Source: Alphaproteobacteria bacterium
GTDB lineage: Bacteria > Pseudomonadota > Alphaproteobacteria > SHVZ01
Reading direction: 5' to 3'
NCBI GenBank assembly: GCA_041906305.1
Contig: JAYRJL010000007.1
Location: 196,042-260,041, forward strand
DNA: 64,000 nucleotides
The notes beneath the pieces were generated by a model. That model did not search any database, was not told the DNA's origin, and worked only from the letters and a program-made list of their open reading frames with translations. A program made the translations under genes and the position numbers. Positions 42,031 through 50,530 of this stretch are shown here, piece by piece; within the stretch, counting starts at the first letter, position 1, and the number at the start of each line of letters is the position of its first letter.

Positions 42031-42740
42031 GCGCGCACCTCTCGGTCCGCGATCTTCGCGCCTTCTACGGTCAGACGCAGGCACTGCACGGCCTCGACCT
42101 CGATCTCGAACCGGGCGGCATCACCGCGCTTCTCGGCGCCAACGGTGCCGGCAAGACCACGGTGCTCCGCGCCATCTGCGGCATGATCCGGAGCGAAGGC
42201 GAGATCCGGCTCGACGGCAAGCCGATCGGCGGCTTCGCGGTCGAGGACGTGGTGCACCTCGGCGTCGCCCATGTGCCGGAAGGGCGGGGCACCTTCGTAC
42301 GCCTGACGGTTGAGGAGAACCTCGAGCTTGGTGCGATGATCCGCACGCGCCGTGCCGAGATCGAGCGCGACGTCGAACGCGTCTACGAGCATTTTCCGCG
42401 CCTCAAGGAGCGGCGGCATCAGCAGGCCGGTACCTTGAGCGGCGGCGAGCAGCAGATGCTGGCCGTCGGCCGCGCACTGATGCTGCGGCCCAAGGTGATG
42501 CTGCTCGACGAGCCGTCCTTCGGCCTGGCGCCGCTTGTCGTTGCCGAGGTCTTCGAGATCCTGAAGGCGGTCAACAAGTCGGATCGGGTCAGCGTGCTGC
42601 TGGTCGAACAGAATGCCTCGCTGGCTTTGGCGCTCGCCGACCGTGCCTACCTGATCGAGACCGGTCGCATCGTGATGTCCGGAACCACCGCCGAGATCGG
42701 CGCCGACGAGAACATCCGTCGCGCCTATCTGGGATACTGA
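42027..42740 (+). CDS. HAAT-family ABC ATPase (LivF-like)
   Basis: 237 aa, ATGA overlap with the upstream gene. Walker A GANGAGKTT and signature LSGGEQQMLAVGRAL. Confidence 0.92.
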   Translation: MSAHLSVRDLRAFYGQTQALHGLDLDLEPGGITALLGANGAGKTTVLRAICGMIRSEGEIRLDGKPIGGFAVEDVVHLGVAHVPEGRGTFVRLTVEENLELGAMIRTRRAEIERDVERVYEHFPRLKERRHQQAGTLSGGEQQMLAVGRALMLRPKVMLLDEPSFGLAPLVVAEVFEILKAVNKSDRVSVLLVEQNASLALALADRAYLIETGRIVMSGTTAEIGADENIRRAYLGY

Positions 42741-42753
42741 GGGGAAGGGAGGA

Positions 42754-43632
42754 ATGGAGCTTTTTCTGCACCAGCTCCTTGCGGGGATAGCCACCGGAGG
42801 CATCTATGCCTGCATGGCTCTCGCCGTGGTCATGATCTACCAGTCGATCGACCACTTCAATTTCGCCCAGGGCGAGATGGCGATGTTCTCCACCTATGTC
42901 GCCTGGCAGCTGATGCAGTGGGGCCTGCCCTACTGGGTCGCCTTCCTTGCCACCATCGCGATCTCCTTCGCCGGCGGCGTGGTCATCGAGCGGGTGCTGT
43001 TCAAGCCGATCCGCAACGCGCCGGTCTTGAGCCACATCGTCGTCTTCATCGCGATGTTCTCGATCCTGAACAGCGTCGCCGGATTCACCTGGGAGTACAC
43101 CATCAAGAGCTTCCCGAGCCCGTTCCCCTCGGAGCCTCTGTTCGGCAACCGCCTGATCGGTGCGCACGACCTGGGCATGATCGGGATCACGATAGTTCTG
43201 CTGGTGCTGCTCTACGGGCTGTTCCGCCACACCCGCCTGGGTTTGGCGATGCGGGCGGCGGCGGCCAACCCGGACTCGGCCCGCCTGGTCGGCATCCGTG
43301 TCGGCTGGATGGTGGCGCTCGGCTGGGGTCTCGCGGCGTCGATCGGCGCCGTCGCCGGCATGATGATCGCGCCCATCGTCTTCCTCGAACCCAACATGAT
43401 GCTGGGCATCCTGCTTTACGGCCTCGCCGGTGCGGTCGTCGGCGGCCTGACCAGCCCGGTCGGCGCCGTGCTCGGCGGCTTCGCCGTCGGCATCGTCGAG
43501 AATCTGGCGGGAACTTTCGTGCCGGTCGTCGGCAAGGAGCTCAAGCTGACCATCGCCCTGGTGCTGATCGTCGCCGTCCTCGTGGTCAAGCCGACCGGCC
43601 TTTTCGGGCGTGCCACCGTGAGCCGGGTCTAG
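42754..43632 (+). CDS. HAAT-family ABC permease (LivH-like)
   Basis: 292 aa polytopic membrane protein. Blocks LLAGIATGGIYACMALAVVMIYQS and NFAQGEM. Confidence 0.9.
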   Translation: MELFLHQLLAGIATGGIYACMALAVVMIYQSIDHFNFAQGEMAMFSTYVAWQLMQWGLPYWVAFLATIAISFAGGVVIERVLFKPIRNAPVLSHIVVFIAMFSILNSVAGFTWEYTIKSFPSPFPSEPLFGNRLIGAHDLGMIGITIVLLVLLYGLFRHTRLGLAMRAAAANPDSARLVGIRVGWMVALGWGLAASIGAVAGMMIAPIVFLEPNMMLGILLYGLAGAVVGGLTSPVGAVLGGFAVGIVENLAGTFVPVVGKELKLTIALVLIVAVLVVKPTGLFGRATVSRV

Positions 43633-43636
43633 CGTC

Positions 43637-44665
43637 ATGACCGTTCGCGACGGCATCGCCGAAATCGCCCCCGCCGAGACCCGCCGCGTCGGCGGTCTCA
43701 CCGTGCCGGCCTGGCAGCGCCTGCTCACCGTCCTGATCCTGCTGATCGCCCTCGTGCCGCCGCTGTTCCTCCGGAACTTCACGGTGTTCCAGCTGACGCT
43801 GGTGATGGTCTATGCGATCGCGATCCTCGGCCTCAACCTGCTGACCGGCTTCAACGGCCAGTTCTCTCTCGGCCACAGCGCCTTCTACGCGATCGGGGCC
43901 TACACGACCGCGATCCTGATGGACCGGTTCGGGGTCCCCTATTTCCTCACGCTGCCGGTCGCGGGAGTCATCTGCCTGGTTGTGGGATTCCTGTTCGGCC
44001 TTCCGGCGCTCAGGCTCGAGAACCTCTACCTAGCGCTTGCGACCTTCGCGCTCGCGGTGGCGACGCCGCAGCTGCTCAAGCTCTCGATCCTCGAGCACTG
44101 GACCGGCGGCGTGCAGGGCATCGTCATCAACAAGCCCGATGCGCCGTTCGGCCTGCCGCTGAGCCAGGACAAGTGGCTCTACTACTTCACGCTCGCGGTG
44201 CTCGTCCTGATGTTCGTCGGTGCGACGCGGTTGGTGCAGAGCCGCACCGGCCGCGCGCTGAAGGCGATCCGCGACAACCCGCTCGCCGCCAAGGCGATGG
44301 GCATCGACACGGCGTTCTACAAGTCGATGGCCTTCGGCGTCAGCGCTCTCTATACCGGTATCGCCGGCTCGCTCGGCGCCATCGTCGTGCAGTTCGTGGC
44401 CCCGGACAGCTTCACCTTCTTTCTCGCCGTCAGCTTCCTGGTCGGCCTGGTGATCGGCGGCGTCGGCTGGATCCCGGGTGCGGTGATCGGCGGCCTCTTC
44501 ATCATGTTCATCCCCAATCTCGCCGAGCAGGTCTCGAAGGGCCTGGCCTGGGCGGTCTACGGAGTCATCCTGATCCTGGTCATCTACGTGATGCCGACCG
44601 GGGCGGCGGGCTTCGTTCGTCTGGTGGCGGGGCGTCTCTCCCGCCTGATGTCGTCGAACCGGTAA
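43637..44665 (+). CDS. HAAT-family ABC permease (LivM-like)
   Basis: 342 aa. Block LGLNLLTGFNGQFSLGHSAFYAIGAY, typical of LivM. Confidence 0.9.
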   Translation: MTVRDGIAEIAPAETRRVGGLTVPAWQRLLTVLILLIALVPPLFLRNFTVFQLTLVMVYAIAILGLNLLTGFNGQFSLGHSAFYAIGAYTTAILMDRFGVPYFLTLPVAGVICLVVGFLFGLPALRLENLYLALATFALAVATPQLLKLSILEHWTGGVQGIVINKPDAPFGLPLSQDKWLYYFTLAVLVLMFVGATRLVQSRTGRALKAIRDNPLAAKAMGIDTAFYKSMAFGVSALYTGIAGSLGAIVVQFVAPDSFTFFLAVSFLVGLVIGGVGWIPGAVIGGLFIMFIPNLAEQVSKGLAWAVYGVILILVIYVMPTGAAGFVRLVAGRLSRLMSSNR

Positions 44666-44679
44666 CCAAGGAGGAAACC

Positions 44680-45906
44680 ATGACTACAAGGCGAACTCTG
44701 CTGGCGGTAGCGGCGGCCATGGCCGGCGTCGCGCTCGCCTCGTCGCCGACGCTGGCGCAGAAGAAGTACGATCCGGGCGCCAGCGATACCGAGATCAAGG
44801 TCGGCCACATCAATCCCTACAGCGGCCCGGCTTCGGCCTACGGGCTGATCGGCAAGACCATCGACGCCTATTTCAAGAAGGTGAACGCCGAGGGCGGCAT
44901 CAACGGCCGCAAGATCACCTTCGTCAGCTACGACGACGGCTACAGTCCGCCGAAGACCGTCGAGCAGGCGCGCAAGCTGGTCGAGAGCGACGAGGTGCTG
45001 CTGGTCTTCCAGCCGCTGGGTACGCCCGGCAACACCGCGATCCAGAAGTACATGAACGGCAAGAAGGTGCCGCAGCTCTTCGTCGCCACCGGCGCCACCC
45101 AGTTCGGCAATCCCAAGGAATTCCCCTGGACCATGGGCTGGCAGCCCAACTACCAGTCGGAAGGCCGCATCTACGCCAAGTACATCCTGGACAAGCATCC
45201 GAACGGCAAGATCGGCGTGCTCTACCAGAACGACGACTACGGCAAGGACTACCTCAAGGGTCTGAAGGACGGGCTCGGCGCGAAAGCCGCCTCCATGATC
45301 GTGTCTGAGCTGCCCTACGAGGTCGCCGATCCGACCGTCGACTCGCAGATCGTGACCTTGAAGTCGAAGGGCGCCGACATCTTCTTCAACGTGGCGACTC
45401 CGAAGTTCGCGGCCCAGGCGATCCGCAAGGCGCACGAGATCGGCTGGAAGCCCGTCCATCTCCTGAACAACGTCTCGAACTCGGTCGGCTCGGTGCTGAA
45501 GCCGGCGGGCCTCGACGCGGCGAAGGACATCCTGTCGACCGGCTACATCAAGGACTCGACCGACCCGACCTGGAAGGACGACGCCGCGATGAAGGAGTGG
45601 GCGGCCTTCATGGACAAGTACTTCCCGGACGGCGACAAGACCTCGAGCTTCACCGTCTACGGCTATGCCGTGGCGCAGAGCCTGAGCCAGGTGCTGAAGC
45701 AGGCGGGCAACGAGCTGACCCGCGAGAACGTCATGAAGCAGGCCGCCAATCTCAAGAACGTCGAGATCGGCGTGCTGCTGCCCGGCATCAAGCTCAACAG
45801 CGGCCCGAACGACTATTACCCGATCGAGCAGATGCAGATGCAGCGCTTCACCGGCGAACGGTGGGAGCTGTTCGGCCCGGTGATGTCGGGCGAGATCGGC
45901 AGCTGA
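44680..45906 (+). CDS. HAAT-family periplasmic substrate-binding protein (LivK-like; ligand unknown)
   Basis: Track ORF 44173..45906 trimmed to ATG 44680, with AAGGAGGAAACC immediately upstream; 408 aa. Signal peptide MTTRRTLLAVAAAMAGVALASSPTLA and block IKVGHINPYSGPAS. Confidence 0.9.
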   Translation: MTTRRTLLAVAAAMAGVALASSPTLAQKKYDPGASDTEIKVGHINPYSGPASAYGLIGKTIDAYFKKVNAEGGINGRKITFVSYDDGYSPPKTVEQARKLVESDEVLLVFQPLGTPGNTAIQKYMNGKKVPQLFVATGATQFGNPKEFPWTMGWQPNYQSEGRIYAKYILDKHPNGKIGVLYQNDDYGKDYLKGLKDGLGAKAASMIVSELPYEVADPTVDSQIVTLKSKGADIFFNVATPKFAAQAIRKAHEIGWKPVHLLNNVSNSVGSVLKPAGLDAAKDILSTGYIKDSTDPTWKDDAAMKEWAAFMDKYFPDGDKTSSFTVYGYAVAQSLSQVLKQAGNELTRENVMKQAANLKNVEIGVLLPGIKLNSGPNDYYPIEQMQMQRFTGERWELFGPVMSGEIGS

Positions 45907-45921
45907 GCCGAGTTGCCAAGT

Positions 45922-45957
45922 GGCGCGGGGGAGGAAACTCTCCCGCGCCTTTTCTTT
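45922..45957 (+). terminator. Rho-independent terminator after the LivK-like SBP gene
   Basis: 12-bp stem GGCGCGGGGGAG / CTCTCCCGCGCC (one G-U), GAAA loop, then TTTTCTTT. Confidence 0.8.
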
Positions 45958-45970
45958 CTAGGGTGATGCC

Positions 45971-47155
45971 ATGAAGGAAGCCGTCATCGTCTCCGCCGCG
46001 CGCACGCCGATCGGCAAGGCCTATCGCGGCGCGTTCAACGACACCCATGGCGCGGCGATGGGCGGCCACGTGATCCGCCACGCGGTCCAGCGCGCCGGCA
46101 TCGATCCCGGCGAAGTCGAGGACGTGATCCTGGGATGCGCGATGCCGGAAGGGGCGACCGGCGGCAACATCGCGCGTCAGGCGGCCATCGCCGGCGGGCT
46201 CAACCCGACCGCCTCCGGCATGACGATCAACCGCTTCTGCTCGTCCGGGCTGCAGGCGATCGCGTCCGCGGCCCAGCGTGTCGTCGTCGACGGCGTGCCG
46301 GTCACGGTGGCCGGAGGCCTCGAGTCGATCAGCCTCGTGCAGAACGACCACCGCAACAAGTTCCGGGTGCAGGACGAGTGGATCCTGGCGCACAAGCCGG
46401 CGATCTACATGAGCATGCTGGAGACCGCTGAGGTCGTCGCGGCACGCTACAAGATCTCCCGCGAGGCGCAGGATGCATTTTCGCTGGAGAGCCAGCGGCG
46501 CACTGCGGCCGCCCAGCAGGCCGGCCGCTTCGACCAGGAGATTGCGCCGATGGAGTCGGTGAAGGTGATCACCGACAAGGCGACGGGGAAGATCAGCCGC
46601 GAGACGGTCCGATTGCCCCGCGACGAGGGCAACCGTCCGGACACGACCCCCGAGGGGCTGGCGCAGCTGAAGCCGGTGCTCGGCGACGACAAGACGGTCA
46701 CCGCCGGCAATGCCTCGCAGCTTTCCGACGGCGCTGCGGCCTGCGTGGTGATGGAAGCGAAGCTTGCCGAGAAGCGCGGACTGCAGCCGCTCGGAGTCTT
46801 CAGGGGGCTCGCCGTCGCCGGCTGTGAGCCGGACGAGATGGGCATCGGCCCGGTGTTCGCGGTGCCGCGCCTGCTGGAGCGCACCGGCCTCAAGGTCGGC
46901 GACATCGACCTCTGGGAGATCAACGAGGCTTTCGCCGTCCAGGTGATGTACTGCCGCGACCGCCTCGGCATCGACCCTGAGAAGTTTAACGTCGATGGTG
47001 GAGCGATAGCCGTCGGCCATCCCTACGGAATGAGCGGCGCCCGCATGACCCAGCATGCGCTGATCGAGGGAAAGCGGCGCGGCGCCAAGCGGGTGGTCGT
47101 CGGCATGTGCGTCGGCGGCGGCATGGGAGCGGCCGCCCTTTTCGAGATCGCGTGA
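45971..47155 (+). CDS. acetyl-CoA C-acyltransferase (thiolase; PimB/FadA-like)
   Basis: 394 aa. Active-site blocks [20 protein letters not shown] and CVGGGMG. Confidence 0.93.
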   Translation: MKEAVIVSAARTPIGKAYRGAFNDTHGAAMGGHVIRHAVQRAGIDPGEVEDVILGCAMPEGATGGNIARQAAIAGGLNPTASGMTINRFCSSGLQAIASAAQRVVVDGVPVTVAGGLESISLVQNDHRNKFRVQDEWILAHKPAIYMSMLETAEVVAARYKISREAQDAFSLESQRRTAAAQQAGRFDQEIAPMESVKVITDKATGKISRETVRLPRDEGNRPDTTPEGLAQLKPVLGDDKTVTAGNASQLSDGAAACVVMEAKLAEKRGLQPLGVFRGLAVAGCEPDEMGIGPVFAVPRLLERTGLKVGDIDLWEINEAFAVQVMYCRDRLGIDPEKFNVDGGAIAVGHPYGMSGARMTQHALIEGKRRGAKRVVVGMCVGGGMGAAALFEIA

Positions 47156-47180
47156 GACGCGAGAGGGTTTGACGAAAAAG

Positions 47181-47205
47181 GGCCCCGCTCCCTGGGAGCG
47201 GGGCC
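47181..47205. terminator. terminator hairpin between the convergent thiolase and small secreted protein genes
   Basis: Perfect 11-nt arms GGCCCCGCTCC / GGAGCGGGGCC. On the minus strand it is followed by CTTTTTCGTC, so it is canonical for the small gene; on the plus strand there is no T-run. Confidence 0.8.
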
Positions 47206-47232
47206 AGTTCCCACAAGCGAGTTGATCGAACG

Positions 47233-47448
47233 CTACTTCGTGCAGACCGTGGTGGTCTTCACGCCGGCCTCTGCCTCGGTTTTCGTCTTGTAGACGGTGT
47301 TGCCGATCACGACCATCGAGGTCACGGTCGGCTTCTCGGTGACTACGGTGCACTTCTTCGTCGCGGTGTCCTGCACGATATAGAAGGACTCGGCCGACGC
47401 CGACCCGGCGAAAGCGACCAGCAGGGCAAGGGCAAGAACGAATTTCAT
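47233..47448 (-). CDS. small secreted protein (71 aa, two Cys), function unknown
   Basis: Signal peptide MKFVLALALLVAFAGSASA. The mature ~52 aa is Thr/Lys/Val-rich with Cys33 and Cys69. GAGAGGA SD upstream and a strong terminator downstream. Confidence 0.75.
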   Translation of the reverse strand: MKFVLALALLVAFAGSASAESFYIVQDTATKKCTVVTEKPTVTSMVVIGNTVYKTKTEAEAGVKTTTVCTK

Positions 47449-47686
47449 GACGTCCTCTCTTGGCTGATGCGGCTGGCGGCGCGTTGATCCGCCCGTCTCG
47501 GGGATCGGTGGAACGGTGGGGACGAAGCCCGTTCCGGCATGCGCCGTCGATGCATTTCGAACGGGCGGCTTCTCGCTTCGTTCCCGGTTCTTGAACCTAC
47601 TTTAACTGCCGGGGTGCAGCCCTACCGCGCACGGTACTCACCTATGCTAAAAGACGCCCTCACTCTTCTTGAACGGCAAGGCGGAC

Positions 47687-48763
47687 ATGCGTCAGCACAA
47701 GATCGCGTCGATTCCGGGCGACGGCATCGGCCAGGAAGTCATCACCGCGGGGCTCGAGGTCCTGGACGTCTGCGCCAAGCGCGACGGCGGCTTCAAGCTC
47801 GACGTCACGGCGTTCGACTGGGGCTCGGACTACTACAAGAAGCACGGTGTCATGATGCCCTCCGACGGGCTCGACCGGCTGAAGCCCCTCGATGCGATCT
47901 ACTTCGGCGCTGTCGGCGCGCCCGACGTGCCTGATCACGTTACCTTGTGGGGCCTGCGCCTCGCCATCTGCCAGCCTTTCGATCAGTACGCCAACGTGCG
48001 TCCGACGCGCATCCTGCCCGGGATCGAAGGGCCGTTGCGCAACGTCAAGGCCGGCGACCTCGACTGGGTCATCGTCCGCGAGAACTCGGAAGGCGAGTAC
48101 GCGGGCCATGGCGGCCGCGCGCACAAGGGCCTGCCTGAGGAGATCGCGACCGAGGTCTCGATCTTCACCCGCGCCGGCGTCACCCGCATCATGCGCTTCG
48201 CCTTCAGGCTGGCGCAGTCGCGGCCGCGCAAGCTCCTGACCGTCGTCACCAAGTCGAACGCCCAGCGCCACGGAATGGTGCTGTGGGACGAGATCGCGGC
48301 CGAGGTCGCGAAGGAATTCCCGGACGTGAAGTGGGACAAGATGCTGGTCGACGCCATGACCATGCGGATGACGCTGAAGCCGCAGTCGATCGACACCGTG
48401 GTCGCGACCAACCTCCACGCCGATATCCTTTCGGATCTGGCTGCCGCGCTCGCGGGATCGCTCGGCATCGCGCCGACGGCGAACCTCAACCCCGAGCGCC
48501 AGTTCCCCTCGATGTTCGAGCCGATCCACGGCTCGGCCTTCGACATCACCGGGAAGGGCATCGCCAACCCGGTCGGTACCTTCTGGTCGGCGGTGATGAT
48601 GCTGGAGCATCTCGGCGAGAACGCGGCGGCGACCCGCCTGATGCGCGCGATCGAGCGCGTGACCGCCGACAAGAAGCTGCACACGCCGGATCTCGGCGGC
48701 AACGCCACGACGCGTCAGGTTACAGACGCGGTGTGTCAGGCGCTGCTCGGCGAAAATTTCTAG
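47687..48763 (+). CDS. tartrate dehydrogenase/decarboxylase (isocitrate/isopropylmalate DH family)
   Basis: Trimmed to ATG 47687 (MRQHKIASIPGDGIGQEV), 358 aa. Blocks RENSEGEYAG, NLHADILSDLAAAL and GSLGIAPTANLNP. Confidence 0.88.
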   Translation: MRQHKIASIPGDGIGQEVITAGLEVLDVCAKRDGGFKLDVTAFDWGSDYYKKHGVMMPSDGLDRLKPLDAIYFGAVGAPDVPDHVTLWGLRLAICQPFDQYANVRPTRILPGIEGPLRNVKAGDLDWVIVRENSEGEYAGHGGRAHKGLPEEIATEVSIFTRAGVTRIMRFAFRLAQSRPRKLLTVVTKSNAQRHGMVLWDEIAAEVAKEFPDVKWDKMLVDAMTMRMTLKPQSIDTVVATNLHADILSDLAAALAGSLGIAPTANLNPERQFPSMFEPIHGSAFDITGKGIANPVGTFWSAVMMLEHLGENAAATRLMRAIERVTADKKLHTPDLGGNATTRQVTDAVCQALLGENF

Positions 48764-48765
48764 CC

Positions 48766-49254
48766 GTGCCGGATCACGTCGTCCGCTTCGCCGCGGAGAC
48801 CGATGCGGCGATCGTCGCCGACGTGATCCGGGCGATGGACCGGCACTATCGCCCCGATGCCGTTCTTCGATCGCCCGACGACTATCGGGCGATGGCGTCG
48901 TCCACCATTGTTGAGCGCGAAGGCATGCGCTTCGCGATCTGCGTCGGTTCTGACGGCAAGCCGCTCGGCGTCGCCTGCGTTGCCGTGCTGCGTCCCGGCC
49001 GGGACCTGCGAGGCCTGCTCTTCGTGAAGGACCTGTTCGTGAAGGAGGAGGCGAGGGGCCATGGCATCGGCTCCGCGCTCATGCGCTTCCTGGCGGCCTT
49101 CTGTCTCGACCAGGGTATCGCCCGGATCGATCTCGGCACCGATCGGAGCAACGACGGCGCGCAGCGTCTCTACGACGCGCTCGGGGGCGTGCGGCAGGAC
49201 AAGGTGGCCTTCACCTTCCCGACCGATGTGCTGAAGAGGCTCGCCGACGGTTGA
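48766..49254 (+). CDS. GNAT family N-acetyltransferase
   Basis: Track ORF 48283..49254 trimmed to GTG 48766, 2 nt after the upstream stop; 162 aa. Acetyl-CoA binding motif VKEEARGHGIGSALMRF and the tail GAQRLYDALG. Confidence 0.78.
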   Translation: MPDHVVRFAAETDAAIVADVIRAMDRHYRPDAVLRSPDDYRAMASSTIVEREGMRFAICVGSDGKPLGVACVAVLRPGRDLRGLLFVKDLFVKEEARGHGIGSALMRFLAAFCLDQGIARIDLGTDRSNDGAQRLYDALGGVRQDKVAFTFPTDVLKRLADG

Positions 49255-49257
49255 AGG

Positions 49258-49755
49258 CTAAGGCCAGGGATCCTGGCTCGGCGTCATCCCGGCGCGGCGG
49301 AAGTAGTCGTCGAAGTTGGTGCCGGGCCCGACCATGCCGTGGACCAGCTTGGTGACCTGGTACTTCCTGGCCGGGATGGTGAAGGGAGGGCCCTGGGTCT
49401 GCGTCGGCTCGGGCAGCACGCAGCGCCAGCCGTCGACCCAGACCAGGGTTTCGCGGAAGACCAGCGCCCCGTTGTAGAAGAAGTCGAGGAATGAGGACTG
49501 CGCGCGCTTGTCCGGGAAGCGCTGAGACCAGGGGCTCGAATAGTTCCGGTCCTGTACCAGGCCGAAGCACATGTTGATGCCGACGTCCTTGGCGAAGGTC
49601 AGCACCACGTTGTGCTCATGCAGCTCGAAGTCGACGATCCGGTTCGGGCCGCCGCGCACCGGGACCACGCGATAGTGGAAGGTCGGCGACTTGTGCACGC
49701 GCCAGTCGGCCGGCGCGCTGCCGGCGACCTGGACCACATACTCGTCGAGGCGCAT
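49258..49755 (-). CDS. hypothetical protein B (165 aa), no family recognised
   Basis: Native G/C-ending codon usage and balanced amino-acid composition (MRLDEYVVQVAGSAPADWRVHKSPTFHYRVV...ELHEHNVVLTFAKDVG...YNGALVFRETLVWVDGWRCVLPEP). Lies 11 nt downstream of hypothetical A. Confidence 0.7.
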   Translation of the reverse strand: MRLDEYVVQVAGSAPADWRVHKSPTFHYRVVPVRGGPNRIVDFELHEHNVVLTFAKDVGINMCFGLVQDRNYSSPWSQRFPDKRAQSSFLDFFYNGALVFRETLVWVDGWRCVLPEPTQTQGPPFTIPARKYQVTKLVHGMVGPGTNFDDYFRRAGMTPSQDPWP

Positions 49756-49766
49756 CCCGGCCGGCG

Positions 49767-50078
49767 TCAGTCGTCGTCGGCGTCGGGCGTCGGGTCGATG
49801 TGACCGGCGAGCGCCGAGGCGCGCCCGGCGTCGGTCAGCTTGCAGACCAGCCAGTCCGGCTTGATCGGGTTGTCGAACCAGGGCTCGGCCCAGCCCTGCT
49901 CGATGCAGGCCTTGATGGTGCGCGGATTGATGCGCTGGCCATCGACGTCGAACAGCGGCAGCTTGCCGCCGGGCTGGTCCAGCCCGCGCTTGAGCCAGCT
50001 CATCTGGGCGGCGGTCGGCCGCGGAGTCTGACGCTCGAAATTAACCACCGTCAGCGTCGCGTCGCGTCGCCGTGACAT
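49767..50078 (-). CDS. hypothetical protein A (103 aa, acidic C-terminal tail), no family recognised
   Basis: MSRRRDATLTVVNFERQTPRPTAAQMSWLKRGLDQPGGKLPLF...KACIEQGWAEPWFDNPIKPDWLVCKLTDAGR...DPTPDADDD. GGGGGG 5 nt upstream of the ATG. High GC3. Confidence 0.68.
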   Translation of the reverse strand: MSRRRDATLTVVNFERQTPRPTAAQMSWLKRGLDQPGGKLPLFDVDGQRINPRTIKACIEQGWAEPWFDNPIKPDWLVCKLTDAGRASALAGHIDPTPDADDD

Positions 50079-50176
50079 GAGTGCCCCCCAAGCGTCGACC
50101 CCACCCCCGAATCGCCTTCACCGAACCATGAACCTAGGGCTCGGGTCAACGGTCGAAGGTTCCGGACCGGCGATTT

Positions 50177-50473
50177 TCATGGCCGCGGGGCAGGCGGCCT
50201 GTCGAGGAAGGGGGCGACCACCTCGCGCGTCTCCTTGCTCGTCACCACCGGCACGATCTCGAAGGACATCAGGCCCTCGGCGTTGAGGACCCATTCCTGG
50301 AGCAGCCGTGGGTCGTCGCACTCCATCAGCTGGAAGCAGCGATCGAAGTTGGGTTCGACCCAGCTGTCGATGTACTTGAGTCCGTCCGGTATGCCGCGGC
50401 CGCTGTCGCGCACGCGGCGGTAGACCGGGATCGGGTCCCGGTCCTTGAAGCGCTCGATGATCATGAACAGCAT
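50177..50473 (-). CDS. DUF3303-like small protein
   Basis: Only the last 98 codons of track ORF 50177..52309 look real (MLFMIIERFKDRDPIPVYRRVRDSGRGIPDGLKYIDSWVEPNFDRCFQLMECDD...). The family assignment is from memory of DUF3303-type sequences. Confidence 0.72.
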   Translation of the reverse strand: MLFMIIERFKDRDPIPVYRRVRDSGRGIPDGLKYIDSWVEPNFDRCFQLMECDDPRLLQEWVLNAEGLMSFEIVPVVTSKETREVVAPFLDRPPAPRP

Positions 50474-50530
50474 GGCCCGTCCCCAGAAGTTCTTCCGCTC
50501 GCCGCCGACGATAGCGAAGCTGATAGGCTG

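Noticed and set aside
47449-47686. Long intergenic regions (47449-47686, 56069-56317, 52726-52930, 31012-31319) examined for tRNA, rRNA or known riboswitch folds
   Set aside because: I could not trace a cloverleaf (acceptor stem plus a T-loop GTTCRANNC context) or any riboswitch consensus I know by eye. This is a weak negative: tRNAscan-SE and Rfam/Infernal scans would be decisive.
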